A stretch of 64,000 nt of DNA, from the IMG/VR virus record IMGVR_UViG_3300047442_000001, positions 1 to 64,000 of that record; one strand, given 5' to 3'. This DNA comes from a virus. The notes under the pieces are model-generated. The model searched no databases. It was not told where the DNA came from and worked only from the letters and a program-made list of their open reading frames with translations. Below are positions 25,404 to 33,729 of the stretch, piece after piece; position 1 is the stretch's first letter; each line of letters starts with the position of its first letter. A program made the translations under genes and the position numbers.

Positions 25404-26091
25404 CTATGGCGTTGGTGACGATCATCGACCAGTTCTCTTCGAGCTCGATCCGGGTGAACTCTATGTCGTAACGTACCGTCGTCGAGTCCCGCGTCGTGAG
25501 ACCGTAGTCCCCTTCGACGAAACAACCGTCTATGCGCCCCACCAAAGTATCCAAGAGAAAGCAGTACCCTTTGACTTGGTAAATCCACCCGGGGATGCCG
25601 GCGCTGATGTGCTCATACCCACTTAGCTCCTTCTGCGGGACTCCGCCGAAGGGAATGAACACGTCGCCGCCCGCAGACCGTAGAGACTTCTTTGTGAACT
25701 TCCACTCTAGATAGCACCAGTCGAAGACCATGACCGCGTCCGGAGTCGCGAAGATGCCGTGGTGACCGTGGCGCAGACAGTGGAGCTCGGACTTCTCGCG
25801 GCCCCACAGAACACGTGAACATTCGACGCACCACATCAACTGCCCCGGTCGCATGAGCCCTGAACGGTGGCCGGACAGGTCGACCTCGATCGCTTGACGC
25901 GCCATGACGCGCTCCCACACGAAGCCGGAGAGAAAGTTCGCCTGTGTGGTGACTGAAGACTGGTCCGCGTAGTCCTTGTTGACGATGTACTCGATGACCG
26001 AAGAAAGGTGGCAGCCGAGGGAACGTGGAACGTTGAAGTCGAACGAATAGCGGTCCGCGTCGACTTGGAAGATGGAACGGGTCACGAGCAC
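25372..26091 (-). CDS. PD-(D/E)XK nuclease (phage exonuclease / Cas4-like)
   Basis: 239 aa; GTG start after AAGGAA; ATPDAV...YLEWKFTKKS fits D..ExK; Cys/His cluster CVEC..C..HGH. Confidence 0.55.
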   Translation of the reverse strand: MLVTRSIFQVDADRYSFDFNVPRSLGCHLSSVIEYIVNKDYADQSSVTTQANFLSGFVWERVMARQAIEVDLSGHRSGLMRPGQLMWCVECSRVLWGREKSELHCLRHGHHGIFATPDAVMVFDWCYLEWKFTKKSLRSAGGDVFIPFGGVPQKELSGYEHISAGIPGWIYQVKGYCFLLDTLVGRIDGCFVEGDYGLTTRDSTTVRYDIEFTRIELEENWSMIVTNAIDGGLLDATAV

Positions 26092-26096
26092 GTTCC

Positions 26097-26372
26097 TTAG
26101 TCCTCCAGACGGTAGTCGCCGGGTAGATCCACGCTGACAGTGATCCTGATCGGCTGGAGAGGCTTGTTGAATGTCATCACATCGGTGTAGATGTCACCGG
26201 ACCATAGAACGCGAAGTCGCTCAATCCAGCTCAATCTCCACCGCGTCAACCGCCTACCATGCAACGGATCACCTACCGGCAGAGTAGATAACGGGAGGTA
26301 CTCCGGTTGGTCCTTGGCGTAGACAATCTGGCGTTCTTCGTATCCGACAATTACTGGCGATTCCGGAGTCAT
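26097..26372 (-). CDS. hypothetical protein
   Basis: 91-aa ORF; GGAGAGG RBS. Confidence 0.5.
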   Translation of the reverse strand: MTPESPVIVGYEERQIVYAKDQPEYLPLSTLPVGDPLHGRRLTRWRLSWIERLRVLWSGDIYTDVMTFNKPLQPIRITVSVDLPGDYRLED

Positions 26373-26508
26373 TTCTGGTACCTCTCCCCTTGATCGAAGT
26401 GCTCCGGTGCCCGTCCACGTTTGCTCTGAACGTTGATAGGCTCACAGTCGCCGGACCGGCTGACCACTCGACGGCGGTATGGGCCGCGCCGCCGAGTTCC
26501 TTGACTAC

Positions 26509-26814
26509 TTAGTCGTCGTCTTCGTCGTCGTCTTCGGTGAGGGTGGCCGCGTCGGCGTTGACCGCTTCGATCGCCTGGTACTCGTCCGCCAGACGCCGGA
26601 GCGTCGCCGGGACCGTGCGACCACGGACCGCGAGACCGTCGACTTCCTTCGCGGTGCCGAGCCACTTCGATCCCATGTTCCCTTGCTCGAGCTGCTGGTC
26701 CTTCGATAAGGGGACCACGATGAAGGTGAAGCGCTTCGCCTTCGCCTTGGGCTTCGACTTCGACTTCGGTGCTGGCGCCGACTTCTGTGTTTTCGTCTTC
26801 GCTTTCGTCGTCAT
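26509..26814 (-). CDS. hypothetical protein, basic N-terminus and poly-acidic C-terminal tail
   Basis: 101 aa; N-terminal ...APKSKSKPKAKAKR, C-terminal ...TEDDDEDDD. Confidence 0.5.
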   Translation of the reverse strand: MTTKAKTKTQKSAPAPKSKSKPKAKAKRFTFIVVPLSKDQQLEQGNMGSKWLGTAKEVDGLAVRGRTVPATLRRLADEYQAIEAVNADAATLTEDDDEDDD

Positions 26815-26819
26815 GACGT

Positions 26820-27650
26820 TCAGTCCTTCGCCTTCCGGATGGTGCCCTTCTTCTCGTTGTAGCTGAGCCCCTCGATCGAGCCAATCCAGTCGTCGTTGTC
26901 GAAAAGGCTCATGATCTCTTTGTTGTCATCGTCTTCCTTGAGAGCTTTCTTGTTCGCGGCGATCACTTCAGGAATGGTGACCGAGTCGTCGTCGGACTCG
27001 GCGAGCGTCGACTTGATCATCTTCGCGGCGCGGTTCTGGATGGACTTCGACGGGAGGTCATCCGACGACGTCGTCTTGGACTTCGACTTCGGTTCGTCTT
27101 CGTCCACCGCAGCGGTGGACTTCTTCTTCGACGCTGCCGCGGCTGAAGACTTTCCGCCGGGGAGCTTGAAGATCTCGGTGATCAACATGATCGGGAACTT
27201 GTCGCCTTCCTTCCGCGGCTTCCCGGCTACGTTCGCTTCGGTGCCCACCAGCGCTCTGACGTCACCGGAAGCAAGCTTCCGTGCGCTGAACCCCTGCGCG
27301 ACGGCTGACGCAAGGAGCTGTCCGAAGTCCGAGGTCATATCAATGGTGTACGGCTTCCCTTCTTCGCGGCCGGAGACCGCGTACCCGACTTCGGCTTCGT
27401 CGGCGTCTTCGTCTGCGGTCGCGCGGATGCACGCGTACTGCGCGTTGCCGATCGTGTAGCGTGGGACCACGGTACCGCCTTCGGACTTCTCCCACGTGAC
27501 GTGGGCTTCGATCAGGGTGAAGGGCTTGTTGTCCTTCTTGGCGACTCCGGAGTGGTACTTGAGAACGACGTCGGTGATGGTGGCGCGGCCACCGTCCCAT
27601 TTTCCGGAGCCGAAGTCTTCCGGGGAGAGTGATGTGATTGGACCTGGCAT
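26820..27650 (-). CDS. hypothetical abundant early protein (possible DNA-binding)
   Basis: 276-aa ORF; AAGGAAGGAAG RBS; first gene after the 27.8-kb promoter, with a long leader. Confidence 0.6.
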   Translation of the reverse strand: MPGPITSLSPEDFGSGKWDGGRATITDVVLKYHSGVAKKDNKPFTLIEAHVTWEKSEGGTVVPRYTIGNAQYACIRATADEDADEAEVGYAVSGREEGKPYTIDMTSDFGQLLASAVAQGFSARKLASGDVRALVGTEANVAGKPRKEGDKFPIMLITEIFKLPGGKSSAAAASKKKSTAAVDEDEPKSKSKTTSSDDLPSKSIQNRAAKMIKSTLAESDDDSVTIPEVIAANKKALKEDDDNKEIMSLFDNDDWIGSIEGLSYNEKKGTIRKAKD

Positions 27651-27814
27651 CTTGATTTCTTCCTTCCTTGGCTGCTTGGTTACTTGGTTGTGTGGTGGAT
27701 GAGAGCGTGGATGTGAACGTTGAATGAAGGGACTGGACTGAAGTGATCGTGGACTGGCGGTCTAAGGAGACCGGGACCGTTGATCAAAGTGGGGATTGAA
27801 CATATGAAGTGCGG

Positions 27815-27843
27815 AGAATGGCACAGGATGTGACTTCAGTCAA
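27815..27843 (-). promoter_or_regulatory. promoter TTGACT-N17-CATTCT overlapping palindrome GTGACTTCAGTCAAC (27830-27844)
   Basis: Minus strand reads CCTTAAGTTAGCTGTTGACTGAAGTCACATCCTGTGCCATTCT, inside the 314-nt gap 27651-27964. Confidence 0.45.
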
Positions 27844-27964
27844 CAGCTAACTTAAGGTACAATCCTCATTTAGGGGATCAGCCGTTGCGTCGTGAAGTGC
27901 ATTCCGAAGACGAAGGGTCGTCAGGATTCGCGACGGAGGCGGCGAGCCAACGGTGCCGACCTTT

Positions 27965-28180
27965 TCACCCTTTCGGTCGAACACGGGTCGCGATCCCTGC
28001 TTCTGCGCGTAGCTCCATCCGAATACCCGCAACGATGTCCGCTGCTTCGCCGTGAATCCAACCAGACCCACCGCAGGACGCGCATTGAAATGCGAAGCCG
28101 TCTGCGCACCGTTGAACGCCGCCTTTGCAGTTAGTGCAGCGCTCGCAACGCACAACGTCTCCGCACGTGCAGCCTCTCAT
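27965..28180 (-). CDS. small Cys-rich protein with DnaJ-type CxxCxGxG zinc-finger motif
   Basis: 71 aa; CERCTNCKGG...CASCGGSGW. Confidence 0.5.
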   Translation of the reverse strand: MRGCTCGDVVRCERCTNCKGGVQRCADGFAFQCASCGGSGWIHGEAADIVAGIRMELRAEAGIATRVRPKG

Positions 28181-28440
28181 TTCTGCTTCGCTTCATCGCT
28201 TAACGTTAGTGACGCATCGCCTTCGCTGAGTATCCTGAACGCGACGGCCATCACCTGAATCGCTTCCTTCCGCACCTGCTGCGGTCCGAGTTGCTGCATT
28301 TGTGCGCACGCCAGCTCACCGCACTCTTCCATGAGCGCGGCGGTCAGGTTGAAGTGATTCGGGAACTTTGCACGAGCGCGAAGGACTTCGGACGCGAGAT
28401 CTTCGATCACATCGACTGGAATAGTCAACGTAGCTAGCAT
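28177..28440 (-). CDS. MazG-like all-alpha NTP pyrophosphohydrolase (tentative)
   Basis: Frame 28177..28563; ATG 28440 after AAGGAG; LMEECGELA...RKEAIQVMAVAF. Confidence 0.45.
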   Translation of the reverse strand: MLATLTIPVDVIEDLASEVLRARAKFPNHFNLTAALMEECGELACAQMQQLGPQQVRKEAIQVMAVAFRILSEGDASLTLSDEAKQK

Positions 28441-28460
28441 TTTAGGCTTCTCCTTTTGAT

Positions 28461-30110
28461 CTACGTGGTTACCACCAGCGGCTCGGGAATCGACCGCACC
28501 CACACGAGTGCTTCGTTGAAACTCTTCGTTGCGTACTTGGTGGCGTATCGCGGCAGCGCCCACCGGGCGTGGTCGTCGATGACGATCACTTCGCCCCAGT
28601 CGTCAACCGAACGAACGTGCCGCCCGGCGGATTGAACTAAGGACTGCATCATCATCTTGTTTCCGACGTCCGGGTCGACTTCCTTCCTTCGTTTCATGAC
28701 CAGCGAAGTACCGTTGGGGAAGGGGAGCTTCGGAACTAATATCCAGCGGCACTGGTCGTCGGGGAAGTCTTCGCCTTGGGTGACTGAAGGCGACACCAAG
28801 ATCAGAGGCCCCTTCGGATCGCGGAACCGAAGCAGAGTTTCTTTGGTCTCGCGGCTGTCCGCATTTCCGATCATGTGTCCGCGGTACCGCGACAGCTCGA
28901 GGATACGCCGCGCGCGTTCGTAACTGACGCAGTGGATGATTCCCTTGCGGCCGAGTTCCAAGCGGCTTCGGATAGTAGCGTCGATGCGGCTGATCCACAT
29001 CCGTTCGCTGAACTCGTCCATGTGACGGTCGACGCGCACCTGAGGTTCAAGTAGAACGACGTAGACAGGTCGCCGTTGAACCGGGAACGAAGACGGGTAC
29101 TCGACGACTTCGCAACTCTGCACGGGAACGCCGAGACGGGGGAGTTCAAACTTGGACATTGTTGCGGAAAGGAATAGCACCGACTTGGCGCCGCGGTAAA
29201 GAAGCGACTCGCAACGGTCCGCCGGCCACACGGGCTCGAACTTCACCGCGTCGCGGCGGCGTACCCGGTCGAGCTCGGAGCTAACGACCCAGTCTTCATC
29301 TATGCCGCTGAGCTGAGTCAAGGACTCTTTGATCGAACGAAGGCTCGACGACAGTTTCGATACTTCCGAAGTGAGACCGGTCCGTGACACTTGACGCTTG
29401 AGCCGCTTCGAGAGGTCGACGACCAGGTCCAAAGACCGCCCCGCCCACTTCGTCCAGTCTTCGGTCGACGCCGCAACTGGGAGGACAGGAACGCCCACGG
29501 CACTTCGGAACTCGTCTGGATAAAGCGTCACGGTCAGGGCGTCGCACACCCGGTCCGCGGCGTCGTGGGATTCGTCGCACACGATGTGGTCAAAGTTCCC
29601 AAGGACCTCTTCGCTTCGCCCTGCGGCGACAGCTTTCCCGAGCGTCAGCCAAAAGGAATAGTTGGTCGACACGATCTTCGATTCCGCCGCCACCTTTACC
29701 GAGTCGAAGTAGTCGCAGCCGCCATTCAACATTGAACAGTAGATGCCACTGTGGCATGGCGCCCGGTCGACCGTCGTCCCGTGGGCTCGGTAGTGTTCTA
29801 GCCACCCTGCCGCTTTGACCGCGTTGCAGACGTAGTTCTGCTGACCGCGGACGTCGTAGAGCGAAGGGGCGAAGTCGTCGCGGTACACGTCTTCCAAGGA
29901 ACGATTGGAAGTAAGGATCAACGTGCGACCACCGTCCGAAGAGGCGAAATGAGAAGACCAAGCAAGTAGAGTTTTCCCCGAGCCCGTGGGAGCTAAGGTG
30001 AACTTGAAGCGGAAGTCAGACGCCTGAAGTCGGTACCAAGCGTCGAGCTGATCGCGGCGCCAGTCGATGAACTTGGCTGGGGCGCCCAGCGTTGAAGGAG
30101 AGAAGGTCAT
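28461..30110 (-). CDS. XPD/DinG-family (Rad3-like) DNA helicase with putative FeS-cluster Cys set
   Basis: 549 aa; Walker A APTGSGKT; DExH box IVCDESHD; four Cys between them (YVCN...APCHSGIYCSMLNGGCDYF); C-terminal GEDFPDD..ILVPKLPFP. Confidence 0.8.
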   Translation of the reverse strand: MTFSPSTLGAPAKFIDWRRDQLDAWYRLQASDFRFKFTLAPTGSGKTLLAWSSHFASSDGGRTLILTSNRSLEDVYRDDFAPSLYDVRGQQNYVCNAVKAAGWLEHYRAHGTTVDRAPCHSGIYCSMLNGGCDYFDSVKVAAESKIVSTNYSFWLTLGKAVAAGRSEEVLGNFDHIVCDESHDAADRVCDALTVTLYPDEFRSAVGVPVLPVAASTEDWTKWAGRSLDLVVDLSKRLKRQVSRTGLTSEVSKLSSSLRSIKESLTQLSGIDEDWVVSSELDRVRRRDAVKFEPVWPADRCESLLYRGAKSVLFLSATMSKFELPRLGVPVQSCEVVEYPSSFPVQRRPVYVVLLEPQVRVDRHMDEFSERMWISRIDATIRSRLELGRKGIIHCVSYERARRILELSRYRGHMIGNADSRETKETLLRFRDPKGPLILVSPSVTQGEDFPDDQCRWILVPKLPFPNGTSLVMKRRKEVDPDVGNKMMMQSLVQSAGRHVRSVDDWGEVIVIDDHARWALPRYATKYATKSFNEALVWVRSIPEPLVVTT

Positions 30111-30475
30111 ACTGCGGAATCGATCAACGTCAGCACGGCACGGAGTCTGTCGGCGACACCTTTAATCAGATCCCGCAACTCATCGTAGTGGTGCGCTTCT
30201 CGGACTTCGGAGATCTCCCTCTCGGTACGAGCACCGAAGAATTCGACTGTTGTCATTCCGTACACGTCAAGGATGCGAAGGAGCTGTGAGATCTTCAGCG
30301 ATCCGATGCGCTGACCAGTCTCGAAGGAGCTGATCGTCTTCTCACCAAGACTGGTCTGTGCCGCGAGCGCTTTCTGAGTTAAACCGCGGAGCTTGCGTAG
30401 CTCGCGTAGGCGCAAAACCACATCCACCGACAGTTGGAGCTCATGGGCTTCGTTGGATCGTTCAATCGTGGGCAT
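30107..30475 (-). CDS. XRE-family helix-turn-helix regulator
   Basis: 122 aa; LRGLTQKALAAQTSLGEKTISSFETGQR; stop overlaps helicase start (ATGA). Confidence 0.75.
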   Translation of the reverse strand: MPTIERSNEAHELQLSVDVVLRLRELRKLRGLTQKALAAQTSLGEKTISSFETGQRIGSLKISQLLRILDVYGMTTVEFFGARTEREISEVREAHHYDELRDLIKGVADRLRAVLTLIDSAV

Positions 30476-30493
30476 GGCGGGTTCTCCTCTGAG

Positions 30494-30524
30494 ACGGAAA
30501 ACGCAGCGGGGCGGCCGCTGCGTT
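30494..30524 (-). terminator. rho-independent terminator candidate
   Basis: 10-bp perfect stem AACGCAGCGG/CCGCTGCGTT (30500-30524), 5-nt loop, followed on the minus strand by TTTTCC. Confidence 0.6.
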
Positions 30525-30547
30525 CACGTCACCTTCAGCTTCGCTCC

Positions 30548-31042
30548 TTAGAACGGAACTTCTTCGTCGTCGTCTTCCGGCTTCGGTTCTTCGACCGGTC
30601 CCGTGGGCTCGGTGGGCTCGGTCGGTGCCGCCGGTCCCGGTCCTGTGGACTCCGGAACGGTGGGCTCCGGGATCGGGTTGCTGGCATCCTTCCCCATCCC
30701 GTCGAGAGTGGACGCTGCCGCGGTCAACTGCGACGTGTGCGTCCGAATGCGGCCGGCGATCACCTGAGCACGGGACTCCTGTTCTGGGGACACGGTCCCT
30801 TCGCCGGAGTCCTTGATCGACGCGATCAGCTCGGCGACCAAGTCGCCGGTCTGTGAGACTTCGGTCGCCAGGTTGTTGAGCGCCGCAGCCTGGGCGCTGG
30901 TGGCGACTTCGTACAGATCGTTGAGTTCCGAAACTTTCAATTTCAATCTCCAAATCAAATAAGTAAGGTAGATGAGGACAGATGTGTTGACGGACGTCAG
31001 AATGAGGAGTGCGACGAGAGCAGCGAAGATGTTGTTGTTCAA
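30548..31042 (-). CDS. membrane-anchored coiled-coil protein with SSB-like acidic C-terminal tip
   Basis: 164 aa; TTG start; N-terminal TM IFAALVALLILTSV..IYLTYLIW; C-terminus ...PEDDDEEVPF. Confidence 0.55.
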   Translation of the reverse strand: MNNNIFAALVALLILTSVNTSVLIYLTYLIWRLKLKVSELNDLYEVATSAQAAALNNLATEVSQTGDLVAELIASIKDSGEGTVSPEQESRAQVIAGRIRTHTSQLTAAASTLDGMGKDASNPIPEPTVPESTGPGPAAPTEPTEPTGPVEEPKPEDDDEEVPF

Positions 31043-31085
31043 AGTTTCATGGTGCGTACGGACCTCCTTGGTTCAGTCTTCAACC

Positions 31086-31124
31086 TTCAATCTTCGTCTT
31101 CAGTCATTCAATCTTCGTCTTCAG
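31086..31124. repeat. 18-bp perfect direct repeat, 21-bp period
   Basis: TTCAATCTTCGTCTTCAG at 31086-31103 and 31107-31124; the second copy encodes the C-terminal PEDED-stop of gene 31108..31752. Confidence 0.7.
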
Positions 31125-31752
31125 GCTCAGTGGACTTAGGTACGCGACCTTGGACCGTGAGCCCAGTGATCGATCCTTGCTTCAGAAGGTCGCCATGGAC
31201 CGCGCGGATCTCGCGTTCAAAGATGTTCCGGTATTCGTCGTCCTTCGGGAGCCTTCGGACGATGTCCAGAACTCGGCGCACGGTCTCAGCGGCTGTCTTC
31301 TTCGCGCCGTTCGCCAGGTGGGCGTAGATCGAGTTCCGCGTCGCTTGAATGTGTCGTATGAACCCAAGCCGCGTCTCGGTCGCTGCGTTCTCATGCCCTA
31401 TGGCGACCATGATGCCCACGTTCGACGGGTGGTCCTCCGGAGGGTCCAAGCGCTCGCGAAGGTCCATCATCAGCACGATCGCGGTCCGGATGAACTGGCC
31501 GCGGTCGTCGAAGTCGCGGGTTTCGTCCAAGTGCCGGTCGAGCTCGGCGACCAGGTAAGGTGGCGCGTCGAAGCTGATCCGCTGCGGGAACCCTTTGTCG
31601 TCGCGTGTCGGGTACCGAGTTTCCAAGATCGAAAGGTCGGGGCGTACTGAGGGGTTCGTGTATGACTTCGGATGTTCTTCGGTCGAATCGGTATGGGACG
31701 ACTCGGATCTGGACTTTGGTCGTCTCCGTCGCGAAGCTGGTCTGGTTGGCAC
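31108..31752 (-). CDS. hypothetical protein with ribbon-helix-helix-like segment
   Basis: 214 aa; RISFDAPPYLVAELDRHLDE..DRGQFIRTAIV. Confidence 0.45.
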   Translation of the reverse strand: MPTRPASRRRRPKSRSESSHTDSTEEHPKSYTNPSVRPDLSILETRYPTRDDKGFPQRISFDAPPYLVAELDRHLDETRDFDDRGQFIRTAIVLMMDLRERLDPPEDHPSNVGIMVAIGHENAATETRLGFIRHIQATRNSIYAHLANGAKKTAAETVRRVLDIVRRLPKDDEYRNIFEREIRAVHGDLLKQGSITGLTVQGRVPKSTEPEDED

Positions 31753-31796
31753 CCGACTACCTTCCTTCTCTTATCGACGCAGGAACGCTGGCCGAT

Positions 31797-31997
31797 CTAC
31801 TCATCGTCGTAGACCTCCATTACGATTTGTTCATCAGCTATTCCCGCGAGCTCACCGATCTCCTGAAACGCACAGGACTCGCAGTAGTCGAGTTTCTGCA
31901 CTGAACCGTCGATGATGTTTCCGTTCTTGTCTTTGCCCGCCACCTCGATCTCGAAATCGGCGGTTCTTCCGCAGTTGGCGCAAACTCGATCGCTCAT
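31797..31997 (-). CDS. small zinc-ribbon protein
   Basis: 66 aa; CANCG...CESC; GGAG RBS. Confidence 0.5.
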   Translation of the reverse strand: MSDRVCANCGRTADFEIEVAGKDKNGNIIDGSVQKLDYCESCAFQEIGELAGIADEQIVMEVYDDE

Positions 31998-32045
31998 TCA
32001 GATTACTCCGATGCTGCCAGACGTGACCTTGGACTGTTGGGGTGG

Positions 32046-32075
32046 ATCGTAACCGTTGAACGTGACTGGAGTCAA
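32046..32075 (-). promoter_or_regulatory. promoter TTGACT-N18-TACGAT overlapping palindrome GTGACTGGAGTCAAC (32062-32076)
   Basis: Minus strand reads GTTGACTCCAGTCACGTTCAACGGTTACGAT, upstream of gene 31797..31997. Confidence 0.45.
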
Positions 32076-32082
32076 CTGCGAA

Positions 32083-32109
32083 ATTGATCAATGTGTTGAC
32101 TACTTGACT
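32083..32109 (+). promoter_or_regulatory. operator/promoter cluster: palindrome ATTGATCAAT plus two TTGACT boxes
   Basis: ATTGATCAAT at 32083-32092; TTGACT at 32096-32101 and 32104-32109. Confidence 0.4.
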
Positions 32110-32157
32110 GCGTTGGATGACTCGTGTCACCATCACCGTCCGGAGAACCTAAGGTCG

Positions 32158-32604
32158 ATGCCCACTTCAGCTTCAGCCTCACTTCAGTCTTCAGCGGCCA
32201 ACTCCGGACCCAGCCACCGTGACCACGACCGCGACCGTCAACGTCAGCGTATCGTGCCACCGAAGCCGAAGCGTCCGCGCGTTCATTCTACGCGAATCGT
32301 GGAGCCGAAGTCCGGTCCCGAGCCCGCCGACGTCCGCGCCGACGCCGGAGTCGAAGAGGAACCGAAGTGCTGCTGGTGTCACGGCACTGGAGCCGAGCCC
32401 AAGATCCCCGACGTCACCGCCATCAGCCAGTCGGCGATGTCGAAGGGCACGGGCGTGTCGCCGAGCCTAGTGAGCTTGATTAACTCGGGAAAGCGAAAGA
32501 ACCCGACCTTGGACACGATGAGAAAGTTCCAGCGGTTCCTTCACGCCGAGACCGGTCAGAGGTTACCGCTGGACATTATCGCGGCGATCTTCGACGGCGC
32601 CTGA
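32158..32604 (+). CDS. HTH (XRE/Cro-like) regulator, divergent from the leftward genes
   Basis: Frame 32056..32604; the TTG 32056 start lies inside the operator, so ATG 32158 preferred; C-terminal ISQSAMSKGTGVSPSLVSLINSGKRKNPTLDTMRKF. Confidence 0.5.
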   Translation: MPTSASASLQSSAANSGPSHRDHDRDRQRQRIVPPKPKRPRVHSTRIVEPKSGPEPADVRADAGVEEEPKCCWCHGTGAEPKIPDVTAISQSAMSKGTGVSPSLVSLINSGKRKNPTLDTMRKFQRFLHAETGQRLPLDIIAAIFDGA

Positions 32605-32893
32605 GCCCCTTCGATCCTTCGCTCAAAGTAGAGGCTCTCGCCCTCCGTTCCCAGTGCGCCCACTCTCTGACGCCTTCGAGACGCGATTCGATCAGAAGCT
32701 CCAGAGCCACTTCGTCACGTCTACCGATGTCCAAGTCCGTGAAGTCCAGATCGAAGTGGGCTTTGTCGGTACCATCCCATACGCGAATTCGGACGGCAGC
32801 GGTATCGCGAAGCGGTGACACGGTAACTCGGCTGAAGCGGCCGACCTTCGTGACGATCCGACGCAGCACTTCGGTCATGGTCACGGTTTCCAT
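32576..32893 (-). CDS. hypothetical protein
   Basis: 105-aa ORF; 3' end overlaps the convergent gene 32158..32604 by 29 nt. Confidence 0.45.
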   Translation of the reverse strand: METVTMTEVLRRIVTKVGRFSRVTVSPLRDTAAVRIRVWDGTDKAHFDLDFTDLDIGRRDEVALELLIESRLEGVREWAHWERRARASTLSEGSKGLRRRRRSPR

Positions 32894-33174
32894 TTGAACC
32901 TTCTTTTGGCCGTAGCCGCTTCGATACTTTGTTCAAGTAGCTCTGTGAGCGTGGTATCCGACTTCATGTCGCCGACGCCAGAGTCGCGGCAACCTCGACA
33001 TTCGACTCCTTCCTTCGGTCCACAGCTCGAGTCCAAGGTCGATGTAATGGGGTAGATGACCACGGCTTCGTCATACGCAGTGAAGCACCCACAGTAGAAG
33101 CACTTCAGCCACGTGACCGTCCGGGGCGACTTCGACCGCGACCGTGACCGTGGTGGCTCAGTGGTAGTGGTCAC
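32881..33174 (-). CDS. hypothetical Cys-rich protein
   Basis: Frame 32881..33543; GTG 33174 overlaps upstream stop (GTGA); the upstream part of the frame overlaps better ORFs. Confidence 0.4.
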   Translation of the reverse strand: MTTTTEPPRSRSRSKSPRTVTWLKCFYCGCFTAYDEAVVIYPITSTLDSSCGPKEGVECRGCRDSGVGDMKSDTTLTELLEQSIEAATAKRRFKWKP

Positions 33175-33374
33175 CGTCGCCGGCCTCCACCGAAGCCGCG
33201 GACGCTGGACCGGTGATCGTGGAGCGCCGCGGTCACCTGGCGTACGGTCGCGTGGCCCGAAGCGAAGGCGGCACGCGTAGGCGCCGGCAGCCGCCACCAG
33301 CACCGGGAACAGAAGGAAGGGTGAAGGCGACGATCGTCTGCGTCCAAGGGAGCGGAGCACGCAGCGCACTTCAA
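33171..33374 (-). CDS. small zinc-ribbon-like protein
   Basis: 67 aa; CAAC...CSRC; ATGA overlap with upstream gene. Confidence 0.45.
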   Translation of the reverse strand: MKCAACSAPLDADDRRLHPSFCSRCWWRLPAPTRAAFASGHATVRQVTAALHDHRSSVRGFGGGRRR

Positions 33375-33565
33375 CGGTCACGCTCCTCAACGGTTGCCGC
33401 GGTCGCGATCGAGTTGATCGCGTCAGTGAGCTCGGCGACTTCGGACTCGGTTGGATAGTGGCGCCCGGCTGCGGCGAAGATGAGACGGGAAGCCAGACGA
33501 AGAGTCGAGTCGACTTGGGATTGGATCTGTGGACTGTGATCACGGACGTGGACGTTGGCCATCAC
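33371..33565 (-). CDS. hypothetical protein
   Basis: 64-aa ORF; 4-nt overlap with upstream gene. Confidence 0.5.
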   Translation of the reverse strand: MMANVHVRDHSPQIQSQVDSTLRLASRLIFAAAGRHYPTESEVAELTDAINSIATAATVEERDR

Positions 33566-33729
33566 CCCTCCGGCTCGTTTTGGTTTGCGCAGTTCCAGTT
33601 CTTCGCTAAGAAGTCCAGATAGTCGCGGACCATCTCAATCTCCGCTCGGTCGATTCGATCACTACTCGTAATCTCTATCCTCGCGCTGACAGTCGCCGAT
33701 CCGCACGAGAACTCTCTTTGCTGGCTCAC
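33562..33729 (-). CDS. hypothetical 55-aa protein
   Basis: C-terminal part of ORF 33562..33879; GTG 33729 overlaps the stop of 33726..33893 (GTGA). Confidence 0.35.
   Translation of the reverse strand: MSQQREFSCGSATVSARIEITSSDRIDRAEIEMVRDYLDFLAKNWNCANQNEPEG

Noticed and set aside
26369-26884. 171-aa Arg-rich ORF on the - strand
   Set aside because: It overlaps two better ORFs (26509..26814, 26820..27650) out of frame, and its composition is non-protein-like.
32056-32157. TTG start at 32056 for the HTH gene
   Set aside because: These codons are the operator palindromes and TTGACT boxes themselves. ATG 32158 is the first conventional start.
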